From a bacterium HR16 (GTDB lineage: Bacteria > Armatimonadota > HRBIN16), in assembly GCA_002898895.1 (NCBI GenBank), contig BEHS01000003.1, forward strand, positions 1 through 47,344: a stretch of DNA of 47,344 nt, read 5' to 3'. Positions 39,161-47,344 of the stretch are shown in pieces; the first letter of the stretch is position 1; each line of letters opens with the position of its first letter. The notes beneath the pieces were generated by a model. The model did no database searches and was not told where the DNA came from. It was given only the letters and a program-made list of their open reading frames with translations. A program made the position numbers and the translations under genes.

Positions 39161-40135
39161 TCATTGCAGAATGTGCTCCGGTATCTCGATACTATCCAGC
39201 CGTGCGCCCATTTTGGTCACCACCTGCGCCGCGGTGTATGCCGCCAGCCTGCCCGCTACCTCCAGCGATAACCCTGCGCATAGCCCGTACAACAGCCCCG
39301 CTGCGTACATGTCGCCGGCACCGGTGGCATCTATCGCTTCCACGCGGAATGCCGGAATCTCGTGCACAACGTCCCCCCGCCGAATCAGCGCACCCCGGCT
39401 GTCCATCGTCACCACCGCTACATCGCAGTAATCCGCCAGCAGTTGCGCGGCGCGGTGGGGATTATCCGCTCCACTCAGCTCCTGTGCTTCGGTAGCGTTG
39501 CCGATGAGCACGTCCACATGTTGCTCCAGTAACCGCTGGAAATCCGCTTTGTGGCGACGCACGCAGAAGATGTCTGACAGGCTGAACGCCACACGCACTC
39601 CTGCCCGGTTCGCTTCTTGCATGGCATGGAGCACCGCCTGCTTTTGCGACTCGGTATCCCACATGTAACCGGTGATGTACAGATAACGGCTCTGGCGCAG
39701 GTCGTCGATGTTCACCTCATCGGGGCGCAGTTGCTGGCTTGCACCCAGATAGGTGCACATGGTGCGCTGGACATCGGGGGTGAGCAGGATGAACGAGACG
39801 CCTGTACTCCCCTCGCCGACGGCAAGGTTCGGCTTTACGCCCTTCTCGCTGAGGCTGCGTCGGTAGAGCCTGCCGTATTCGTCGTCTGCTACCTTGCTGG
39901 TGTAACACGCCTTGCCGCCCAGCAACGACACGCCGATCATGGTATTCGCACCCGAACCACCCGCTTCGGAGTGCACTACTCTCTCGGCAAGGTGTTCTAT
40001 CAGAAAGCAGCGTTGCAGCTCGTCTATCAGGAACATGCCGCCTTTCTGCAGCCCCAGCTCCTGAATAATCGTTTCATCCACCTTCGCCTGAACATCTACC
40101 AGCGCGTTGCACATACCGAAAACGTCAAAGACCAT
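39161..40135 (-). CDS. PfkB-family carbohydrate/nucleoside kinase (adenosine kinase-like)
   Basis: NALVD, GGSGANT, QRTMCTYLGA, DATGAGDMYAAG. Confidence 0.92.
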   Translation of the reverse strand: MVFDVFGMCNALVDVQAKVDETIIQELGLQKGGMFLIDELQRCFLIEHLAERVVHSEAGGSGANTMIGVSLLGGKACYTSKVADDEYGRLYRRSLSEKGVKPNLAVGEGSTGVSFILLTPDVQRTMCTYLGASQQLRPDEVNIDDLRQSRYLYITGYMWDTESQKQAVLHAMQEANRAGVRVAFSLSDIFCVRRHKADFQRLLEQHVDVLIGNATEAQELSGADNPHRAAQLLADYCDVAVVTMDSRGALIRRGDVVHEIPAFRVEAIDATGAGDMYAAGLLYGLCAGLSLEVAGRLAAYTAAQVVTKMGARLDSIEIPEHILQ

Positions 40136-40260
40136 GTTTCACCTCGTTCAGAGTCGCAGGGATTGTGTGCTTTCGTACTCCGCACTATAATACTCGGCAG
40201 CAGGAGCGGCTTTATGTTATACTTACTCCTGCCCGTTACCTGCCGAGGTGGTGACCGGGA

Positions 40261-41292
40261 ATGCCATGGCGTGTACTGCATATTCTGTTCGCTGCGCTTT
40301 CTCTACCGTGGGCTTTTGTGGCGACTGCAATCCTGCTCAGTGCCGGCGCGTACATCGACAAGCCGGGAATGCTGCGCGCTAAGGAACAGGCGTTCGAGGC
40401 AGTGGGTGTGATGCGCCGCACGGGCAAGCCTGTTATCGCCATGCTCCATCTCTCTAACGCGGAGAACCTGAACCTGGGCCATCCCTTTGCCACTGTAGTG
40501 AAGCGTAAGGAGGTGTCTTTCGACCCCGCTGATGTGCAAAAGGCTTTGCCTCAAGCGGACAAAGAGTTCTGGACATACGGTGGCGAGAACTTCGTAGAGG
40601 TGCGCGTGCTGGATGCCAACGCCGACGGTCAGCTGGATGTGTTGTTTCAGTATGATTTTGACACCCTTGTGGAACCCACCGCGCATATCTGCTACCTTTA
40701 CACAGTAGCCGATAATACTCCTGTTCTGCTACTCGCCGTTCACGGTGAGGCGGACCCGTTGGAGCCGGTCAAGACGAAGGATGGAACGTATGCCTTCATC
40801 AATCGGCGCACGGTGTGGCAGAACAAAGCTTACGTCTGGAAAGGTGGACGCTACCGCCTGCTGGATTATAACGTGCGGGAACAACGCAAACAGATACTTC
40901 TGCGTTTCGCTGGGGCTCCGCTCGCGTTTGGGTTATGGATATGGCTCATCAGCCTGGCGCCAGCTGCATGGCTGTTTTCGAACTGGTGGATATATGTGGG
41001 GCACCCGATGCAAAAGAGGGAGAAGCCACCTATTGGGAAGGTGTACTACCTGCTGTTATGGTGCTGGGTTATCGGCTTCGCCGTTGCGGCGTGGCTGATA
41101 ATATACCCACGTTTCTATCATGTGAGCTATATGCTCTCGCTCATCCTTTTCCTCCCGTCATGGCTGGCGGGGCTGGGTGCAGCGATAGCGCAAACGGTGC
41201 TGGGTGTACGCTATAATAGAACGAGAGGTGATAGCAATGGCAGTAGTCCAGGCGAAATCGGGGGTCGTTCACTACCCGGAGTCGGACGGTAA
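40261..41292 (+). CDS. Hypothetical membrane protein (N-terminal TM, DxNxDG loop, three C-terminal TMs)
   Basis: Hydrophobic segments; LDANADGQLDVLF resembles a Ca-binding/FG-GAP loop; the tail overlaps Uma2. Confidence 0.65.
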   Translation: MPWRVLHILFAALSLPWAFVATAILLSAGAYIDKPGMLRAKEQAFEAVGVMRRTGKPVIAMLHLSNAENLNLGHPFATVVKRKEVSFDPADVQKALPQADKEFWTYGGENFVEVRVLDANADGQLDVLFQYDFDTLVEPTAHICYLYTVADNTPVLLLAVHGEADPLEPVKTKDGTYAFINRRTVWQNKAYVWKGGRYRLLDYNVREQRKQILLRFAGAPLAFGLWIWLISLAPAAWLFSNWWIYVGHPMQKREKPPIGKVYYLLLWCWVIGFAVAAWLIIYPRFYHVSYMLSLILFLPSWLAGLGAAIAQTVLGVRYNRTRGDSNGSSPGEIGGRSLPGVGR

Positions 41293-41983
41293 ACCAATGG
41301 CAGAATCTCCCGAACATCTTGAAGTGATGTTATCTCTGATTGTTTCTTTGCAGGCATATTTTGCCGATAGGCAGGACGTTTACGTGGCAGGAAATCAGTT
41401 CCTGTACTGGGTAGAGGGTAATCCCAGACAGCGTGTGGCTCCCGATGTGTATGTGGTATTCGGTGTGCCTCGGCGCCCGTGGCGCGCCACATGGAAGGTA
41501 TGGGAGACCGGCAAAGCGCCCGACCTGATTATCGAACTCACCTCCCCCTCTACCGCGTCGGAGGACCTGGGACGAAAATACCAGCTGTATCAACGCCTGA
41601 AGGTAGGCGAGTACGTTCTGATTGACGTGAAGCATGAGTACCTGAAGGAACCTCTGAACCTGTATCGGCTGGAGAGTAACGCGTATCAGCGCGTGCCCAA
41701 CGAACACCCCTATAGCGGAGAGTGGCGAGTACATAGCGAGCTATTGGGATTGACATTTGTGCTGGTGCCCGGTGAGAGTGGCTATCAGGTGCGCCTGTGG
41801 GAACCGCAGCGCGAGCGGTGGCTGCCCAATCCAGTGGAAGTCGTGGAGCAGTACGAGCTGGCTCAACACCAGGTGCGAGAACTGGAACGGCGATTCGCCC
41901 AGGAAGCGCAAGCACGTGCCCAACTGGAGGAGCGGGTGCGCGAGCTGGAAGAGGAGCTACGCCGTCTGAAGGAAGGGCAATAG
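41237..41983 (+). CDS. Uma2-family (DUF820) endonuclease
   Basis: YPESDGKPMAES..H, VAPDVYVVFGV, PDLIIELTSPSTASED, EYVLID, coiled-coil tail; GAGGTG RBS. Confidence 0.92.
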   Translation: MAVVQAKSGVVHYPESDGKPMAESPEHLEVMLSLIVSLQAYFADRQDVYVAGNQFLYWVEGNPRQRVAPDVYVVFGVPRRPWRATWKVWETGKAPDLIIELTSPSTASEDLGRKYQLYQRLKVGEYVLIDVKHEYLKEPLNLYRLESNAYQRVPNEHPYSGEWRVHSELLGLTFVLVPGESGYQVRLWEPQRERWLPNPVEVVEQYELAQHQVRELERRFAQEAQARAQLEERVRELEEELRRLKEGQ

Positions 41984-41985
41984 CG

Positions 41986-42720
41986 CTACTGTAATCGCGT
42001 GAAAATCGCCTTGGCGACGCGCTTGAGGGCGGGTGGCACGCGCACGGTGCTCAGGTGGTCATACACGATGTGCAACAGCAACAGATAGCGGTTGCGTCGG
42101 CGGTCGGCAGCAGTGTTCTGTGCCACCTTTTGCCCGAAGGTGATAGAGTGCACAAAACCCACGTTGCGAAAACTCCGCGAGCGGTAAATGGATTCCCTCG
42201 CCACGCGCCGGGGACCTTCCCACCGAATGGTATCGTGCATCAGCAGGTAACCACCCTCTAACAATTTGGGGAACCACAGGTCAAAATCCTGACGCACCAT
42301 CTCGTAGCGGTGGTCGCCGTCGATGAAGAGCAGCTCCACCGGCTGGTCGAAGCGTGCTGCTGCCTCTGCAGAGGTCGCCACCACGGGCGTCACCATCTCC
42401 TCCACCCCCGCCCGGCGCAGATTAGCAAGGAATTCGTCGTATGTCCATACCGGCTGGTCGCCCTGCCGGTGCTCAGCCGAACCGGTGTGCGGGTCAATGG
42501 CAACCACTTTCGCGCCCGCGCCCGCCAGCGAACCCTTTGCCAGCCAGATGGTGGATTTGCCCTTGAAAGAGCCTATCTCCACGATGGCTCCCCTGCCTGT
42601 GCACGCCCACGCCACCCGGTAGAGCAACTCTCCCTCTTCCACGGTGAGCCACCCCTCCACCCCTGCGGTGAGCGCGAGAAGTTCCCGTCGAACGTCTGGT
42701 GGTATCGGTGAAAGGTTCAC
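41986..42720 (-). CDS. Class I SAM-dependent methyltransferase (Methyltransf_24-like)
   Basis: VEGWL, VEIGSFKGKST, IDPHTGS, LLFIDGDHRYE, LMHD. Confidence 0.88.
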   Translation of the reverse strand: MNLSPIPPDVRRELLALTAGVEGWLTVEEGELLYRVAWACTGRGAIVEIGSFKGKSTIWLAKGSLAGAGAKVVAIDPHTGSAEHRQGDQPVWTYDEFLANLRRAGVEEMVTPVVATSAEAAARFDQPVELLFIDGDHRYEMVRQDFDLWFPKLLEGGYLLMHDTIRWEGPRRVARESIYRSRSFRNVGFVHSITFGQKVAQNTAADRRRNRYLLLLHIVYDHLSTVRVPPALKRVAKAIFTRLQ

Positions 42721-43454
42721 TGCCCCATGGCTTCCATCACGAACTGCAACACCTGCTGGATATGCTCATCCCAGTAGTCCCATGTGTGCGCGCCCGGGAA
42801 CTCATGGTAGATATGCGGGATGCCCAGCGACTCCAGATGTGCATGGAACGCCCGGTTGTCCTCAATCAGAAAGTCTTCCACGCCGCAATCCAGCCACAGC
42901 CCGGGCAATTGCGCCCTGTCCACTTTCTGTACCAGCGCGAACAGGTCTTTATCGGAGCCTTGTGGGTTCTCCCCGAAAATGCGCTTGAAGTCAGGAGGCA
43001 TCTCATCGGATACAGGCTTATGCCCGACGGCTACCGCCCCCGACAGACTGGCTGCCGCCACAAAACGGTCGGGATGATGCAGGGCGAGGCTTATCGCGCC
43101 GTAACCACCCATCGACAGCCCCGCTATCGCGCGGTGCCGGCGGTCTCGGGCAGCGGGAAAGAGTCGTTCTGTTTGCCCTAGCACGTCCTTCATGATGTGG
43201 TCTTTGTATGCCTCACCGTTCACCCCGTTGGTGTACCATCCCCTGCCTCCATCGGGCATGACCACAATCAGCGGTAAATCGCGCACGTACCACTCAATCC
43301 GGCTGCGCCGAAGCCATATTGAAGCGTCGTCGGACAGCCCATGCAGCAGATAAAGCACCGGGAACGGTCCCTCACCGCTGTCCGGCAGTACCACGAGCAT
43401 CTCCGATGCTTTTCCTAAAGACTGGCTGAAAAACCGCAGTTGACACAGCGCCAT
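42717..43454 (-). CDS. Alpha/beta-hydrolase esterase (CE1/tributyrin esterase-like)
   Basis: PVLYLLHGLSDD, GLSMGGYGA, DCGVEDFL, PGAHTWDYW. Confidence 0.92.
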   Translation of the reverse strand: MALCQLRFFSQSLGKASEMLVVLPDSGEGPFPVLYLLHGLSDDASIWLRRSRIEWYVRDLPLIVVMPDGGRGWYTNGVNGEAYKDHIMKDVLGQTERLFPAARDRRHRAIAGLSMGGYGAISLALHHPDRFVAAASLSGAVAVGHKPVSDEMPPDFKRIFGENPQGSDKDLFALVQKVDRAQLPGLWLDCGVEDFLIEDNRAFHAHLESLGIPHIYHEFPGAHTWDYWDEHIQQVLQFVMEAMGQ

Positions 43455-43591
43455 GCATCAAACCTCCTCTTACTCGCTTAACGGTTCTATTCATTGGTAC
43501 GCCCGGAATGTCCTACACCACCCTCCGGTTTGACGCCTCGCGCATCACAGGTTATAATGTGCCCGTAGCAAATTGCACGGAGGCGAAAGGG

Positions 43592-44629
43592 ATGCCAGAG
43601 GAACCGGTAACTTACCGACAGGCTGGAGTGGATATCGATGCAGCACATACCGCGCTCCTGCGCATGAAGGAGCTGATTCGCGCCACACAAACGCCGGAAG
43701 TGCTGGCGAACCTGGGCGCGTTTGGTGGGATGTTTCAGCTGGACCTCAGCCGCTACCGGCAGCCGGTGCTGGTTTCCAGCATCGACGGTGTGGGCACCAA
43801 GCTGAAGGTAGCGTTCATGATGGGACGCCACGATACCGTCGGGCACGACCTGGTGAACCACTGCGTGAACGACATCCTGGTACAGGGTGCGCGCCCGCTT
43901 TTCTTTCTGGACTATTTCGCTACCGGCAAGCTGCAGCCGGAGGTGCTGGTAGAGGTCGTGAAGGGATTGTCGGAGGCGTGTCAGGAGACAGGTTGTGCCC
44001 TGCTGGGCGGTGAGACCGCCGAGATGCCCGGCATGTACGCTGAGGGCGAATACGACCTTGCCGGAACCATCGTGGGCGTTGTGGAACGGGATGCGATTAT
44101 CGACGGCAGTCGCGTGGAGCCGGGCGATGCGGTAGTAGGGCTGGCTTCCAGCGGCTTGCACACGAACGGCTACTCGCTGGCGCGGTATGTGTTGTTCGAG
44201 CTGGCAGGGATGCGTGTGGACAGCTATGTGCCGGAACTGGGCACATCGCTGGGTGAGGAGCTGCTGCGCCCGCATCGATGCTATCTGCACCCTTTGACGG
44301 CGGCGATGCAGCAGTTTGATATCCATGCAATAGCGCACATCACCGGCGGTGGTTTCTACGATAATATCCCGCGAGTTCTACCCAGCGACTGCCGGGTGAT
44401 TATCGACCGCCGCTCGTGGGAAGTACCCCCCATCTTTCGGCTGATACAGGAGAAGGGCAACGTGCCCGACCCGGAGATGTTCCGCACCTTCAATATGGGC
44501 ATCGGCATGGTGGTGATTGTGCCGCGCGAGCAGAGTCTGGCGCTGGTAGAGTTCCTGCAGATGCAGGGCGAAGGCGCCACATTGATCGGCGAGGTACAGC
44601 GCGGTGGCCACGATGTGCAGATTATGTGA
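43592..44629 (+). CDS. purM: Phosphoribosylformylglycinamidine cyclo-ligase (AIR synthetase)
   Basis: YRQAGVDID, DGVGTKL, GGETAEMPG, SSGLHTNGYSL, TFNMGIG; GGAGG RBS. Confidence 0.97.
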   Translation: MPEEPVTYRQAGVDIDAAHTALLRMKELIRATQTPEVLANLGAFGGMFQLDLSRYRQPVLVSSIDGVGTKLKVAFMMGRHDTVGHDLVNHCVNDILVQGARPLFFLDYFATGKLQPEVLVEVVKGLSEACQETGCALLGGETAEMPGMYAEGEYDLAGTIVGVVERDAIIDGSRVEPGDAVVGLASSGLHTNGYSLARYVLFELAGMRVDSYVPELGTSLGEELLRPHRCYLHPLTAAMQQFDIHAIAHITGGGFYDNIPRVLPSDCRVIIDRRSWEVPPIFRLIQEKGNVPDPEMFRTFNMGIGMVVIVPREQSLALVEFLQMQGEGATLIGEVQRGGHDVQIM

Positions 44630-44758
44630 CTACAGCGGCGGCGAGTAGTCCAGCCGAACGTCGTATCGAGCACGGGTGAAGGCACTGTCGCACGAACTGC
44701 GGTCGGGGAGAAGGGACAAAGAAGAACCCCTTTTTCAGATTTTACATCCAGCAACCTC

Positions 44759-44799
44759 TTGCAATAGCAGGAAAAAATCTTATATAATGAAAATAAGAT
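44759..44799 (+). promoter_or_regulatory. Promoter with overlapping palindrome upstream of the NOR-like operon
   Basis: TTGCAA-18-TATAAT; ATCTTAT-N9-ATAAGAT inverted repeat (44777-44799) covers the -10. Confidence 0.5.
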
Positions 44800-44835
44800 G
44801 AAAAGATGAAAATATCCTATTATGGAGGTATTCGC

Positions 44836-45579
44836 ATGGCTTCGAGAAACCGTGTTCTGCTCGCTGCCCTGCTCGGTGTGGGCATACTCGTCGGCTGCGG
44901 CAAACAGCAGACCTCTACCGCTCCTGCCCAAACCGCTCCCAAAGGCACGGCGACCATTACAGGCAAGGTGATCTACGAGGGGAAGCCCATAAGCACGGCG
45001 ACTATCAAGATGAACGCAGAATGCCAGGCTCTGCACCCGAATGCCCCGGCGAAAGACGAGTCTTTCGTTTTGAACCCCAACGGCACGCTGCGCTACGCCT
45101 TCGTGTACGTTAAGGAAGGAGTACAGGGCAACTATCCTCCTCCTTCGGAGCCAGCAGAGGTAGACCAGCATAACTGCATGTACACGCCACACGTCATCGG
45201 TGTACAGGCGGGGCAACCAGTAGATTTCAAGAACAGCGACGACCTGCTTCACAACGTGCACGCTGTCACGAAGAACAACGAGGCGTTTAACTTCGCGCAG
45301 GTGACCAAAGGGGCAGTAGACCGCAAAGTGTTCAAGAACCCCGAAATCATGGTGCAGATGAAGTGCGACGTGCATCCCTGGATGTCTTCGTACATCGGGG
45401 TAGTGGCGCACCCATTTTTTGCGGTCACGGGTGAAGACGGTAGCTTCCAGATCCGGAATCTGCCCGCAGGCACCTACGTGCTGGAGGTGTGGCACGAGAA
45501 GCTGGGAACCCAAACGCAGCAGGTGACCATAGCAGAGGGCGAGACGAAGGAAGTTAACTTCGTATTCAAGCAGCCGTAG
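44836..45579 (+). CDS. Lipoprotein with cupredoxin-like and carboxypeptidase-regulatory-like domains
   Basis: Lipobox LVGC; HNVH...KCDVHPWM putative type-1 Cu ligands; LPAGTYVLEVWHE. Confidence 0.85.
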   Translation: MASRNRVLLAALLGVGILVGCGKQQTSTAPAQTAPKGTATITGKVIYEGKPISTATIKMNAECQALHPNAPAKDESFVLNPNGTLRYAFVYVKEGVQGNYPPPSEPAEVDQHNCMYTPHVIGVQAGQPVDFKNSDDLLHNVHAVTKNNEAFNFAQVTKGAVDRKVFKNPEIMVQMKCDVHPWMSSYIGVVAHPFFAVTGEDGSFQIRNLPAGTYVLEVWHEKLGTQTQQVTIAEGETKEVNFVFKQP

Positions 45580-45612
45580 GCTGCCTAACTACGCACGAGA
45601 AAGTGGGGACGA

Positions 45613-46203
45613 ATGAACATGGTACAAACAATAGCCTTCGCCATCTGGGCAGTTATTGTGCTCGCGATACTGGCAACATACGGCTATTTCGCCTGGAGTG
45701 CACGTACCCCACTGGATGGGGAAGAGTACTACAAAGCCGTCGCTCGCCTCCGGCGACCGCTGTTCATCGTGCTGGTCCTTCTGCTGGCGGCGACTCTCGC
45801 CCTGACGCTACCGCGAATACCGTATCCACGCAGGGACATCGTGCCCGACAGGGTGGTGCATGTAGTGGGCAAGCAGTTTTCCTTCGCCGTTTCCGAACAG
45901 CCCATTACCACCGATGCCGACTTCGCCAGAGCAATTGGTGAGAGGGTTCGTCTGCCCGCGGGCGCGCTGGTGGAGTTCCGCGTAACCAGCCGTGACGTGA
46001 ATCACGGCTTCGCGGTTTATGACCCTGAGGGTCATCTGCTCGGTCAGACGCAGGCAATGCCCGGCTACGTCAATCGCTTGCTGATGCGGTTTGATAAGCC
46101 CGGCACTTACCATGCGCTGTGCCTGGAGTATTGCGGTCTGGCGCACCATGCGATGCGGGGCACCTTTGAGGTGCTTGCATCCGAGAAACTGGCACGGAGG
46201 TAA
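45613..46203 (+). CDS. Heme-copper oxidoreductase subunit II (CuA), sNOR/NorS-like
   Basis: Two TMs; VTSRDVNHGF, QAMPGYVN, CLEYCGLAHHAM CuA motif. Confidence 0.9.
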   Translation: MNMVQTIAFAIWAVIVLAILATYGYFAWSARTPLDGEEYYKAVARLRRPLFIVLVLLLAATLALTLPRIPYPRRDIVPDRVVHVVGKQFSFAVSEQPITTDADFARAIGERVRLPAGALVEFRVTSRDVNHGFAVYDPEGHLLGQTQAMPGYVNRLLMRFDKPGTYHALCLEYCGLAHHAMRGTFEVLASEKLARR

Positions 46204-46209
46204 AACACA

Positions 46210-47344
46210 ATGGCGGTATCCACATCGCTTCAACTGGAGCAGACGCCTGCCGAGCGACTTCGGTGGCAGAGTGTGACGCTGGCATGGACGAGTCTGCTTT
46301 TCGTGTTGTTTCCTGTGCTCGCGTCGCTGGGACTCTTCATGCGTGCCTATCAAGCGAACCTGTTTCCTCGCCTGGACCCCGCCTGGTTCTACACTGCAAT
46401 GACCCTGCACGGGCTGGGCATGGTCGGGCTGTGGTACACTACATCCTTCGCGGGTATGGCGTACCTGGTAGCGCGGTACGTACGCATGAAGGCAGGGGTG
46501 ATGTGGCTCAGTTTTACGATGACGCTGGCAGGGGTCGTGCTACTGCTGGTCGCCTGTGCGGTTCGCTTTTCACCGGGGTGGTACTTCCTTTACCCTCTGC
46601 CTTTCAAGTCCGGTGGGACGTGGCCTGCATGGGCAACGGACGTGTTTCTGGCGACATTGCTGGTGCTGGGCGTGGCGTGGATACTCTGGATTTTGCATCT
46701 GCTATGGGCGATTGCCCATCGCTACGCCCTGTCACAGGCGTTGTGCTGGCACTACCTGCGTAACGCAACGCAACCTGAGGTGCCGCCTGTTGTGTTAGTG
46801 AGCACAGTATCGGGCATCGCCAGCCTGACCGCTCTGCTGGCGGCGGTGATACTGCTGGTGTTTTTAGGGCTGGAACGTTTGCTCGGCATTCCCGCCGACC
46901 CCCTGTTGATGAAGAACCTGACCTTCTACTTCGGGCACACCCTGATTAACGTAGCGATGTATCAGGGCGTCGCCATCATCTACGAGCTGTTTCCACGCTA
47001 CACAGGACTGCCATGGAAGACGGCTAAGCCCATGGTGATCGGCTGGAATGCAGTGATGGTACTGGTGATGTTCGCCTTCTTCCATCACCTGTATATGGAC
47101 TTCGTTCAGCCCCGTGCAGTGCAGGTCATCGGGCAGATTGCCTCCTATAGCAGCGCGTTGCCCGCAGCGGTGGTCACTATCCTGGGACTGCTGGCGCAAG
47201 TCTACCATCGGAAAGTTCGCTGGACGCTGGCTTCGGTGCTGATGTTCGCCGGAACGATGGGGTGGGCAATAGGAGGCACCGCCGCGGTGATCGATTCCAC
47301 CATTGTGGTGAACTTCCGATTTCACAACACCCAGTGGGTACCGG
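46210..47344 (+). CDS. Heme-copper oxidoreductase subunit I, sNOR/NorY-like nitric oxide reductase (partial; runs off the window)
   Basis: Not in the ORF track. Translation from ATG 46210 is open to the edge: FYTAMTLHGLGM, GWYFLYPLP, KNLTFYFGHTLINVAMY, FFHHLYMDF, FHNTQWVP. Confidence 0.88.
   Translation, partial: MAVSTSLQLEQTPAERLRWQSVTLAWTSLLFVLFPVLASLGLFMRAYQANLFPRLDPAWFYTAMTLHGLGMVGLWYTTSFAGMAYLVARYVRMKAGVMWLSFTMTLAGVVLLLVACAVRFSPGWYFLYPLPFKSGGTWPAWATDVFLATLLVLGVAWILWILHLLWAIAHRYALSQALCWHYLRNATQPEVPPVVLVSTVSGIASLTALLAAVILLVFLGLERLLGIPADPLLMKNLTFYFGHTLINVAMYQGVAIIYELFPRYTGLPWKTAKPMVIGWNAVMVLVMFAFFHHLYMDFVQPRAVQVIGQIASYSSALPAAVVTILGLLAQVYHRKVRWTLASVLMFAGTMGWAIGGTAAVIDSTIVVNFRFHNTQWVP

Noticed and set aside
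46263-47325. Track ORFs 46263-46763 (+) and 46864-47325 (-)
   Set aside because: The real gene is subunit I from 46210 in another frame; the track missed it because its stop lies outside the window.

Overview
A ~60% GC bacterial chromosome segment, probably Armatimonadota. This is inferred from the two prepilin/DUF1559/H-X9-DG genes, the GGAGGGCGAGGCTCC-type REP palindromes and a DUF6785-like gene. Gene order is: DUF342/FapA, an iron/cobalamin-type ABC binding protein and permease, and a GntR-LacI regulator with two pilin-like genes around a REP-packed MITE-like element. Next come a HAD-GT2-GT2-O-antigen ligase-VWA operon, ridA, a cysteine-free LpdA-like flavoprotein, a PhyH dioxygenase and a partial complex I operon (nuoABCDHIJK) coupled to nth. 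A nucleotidyltransferase-zinc-ribbon gene, a TdeIII/MjaII-like type II R-M pair and uvrA follow, then a GlmU-like nucleotidyltransferase fused to a GHMP sugar kinase. A lower-GC decayed Rhs toxin/immunity array (33.5-37.3 kb) precedes gatB, a Uma2 pseudogene, pfkB, an intact Uma2, a methyltransferase/esterase pair and purM. The window ends in a cupredoxin lipoprotein, a CuA subunit II and a heme-copper subunit I whose helix-VI motif (GHTLIN) indicates an sNOR-type nitric oxide reductase. The best leads are the putative bifunctional sugar-acid kinase/pyrophosphorylase, the Rhs array with a pseudopilin-like gene in an immunity slot, the sNOR operon, in-frame REP insertions in the O-antigen ligase, and the NTase-Zn-ribbon gene beside the R-M system. 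All family calls come from motif recognition by eye; no searches were run.
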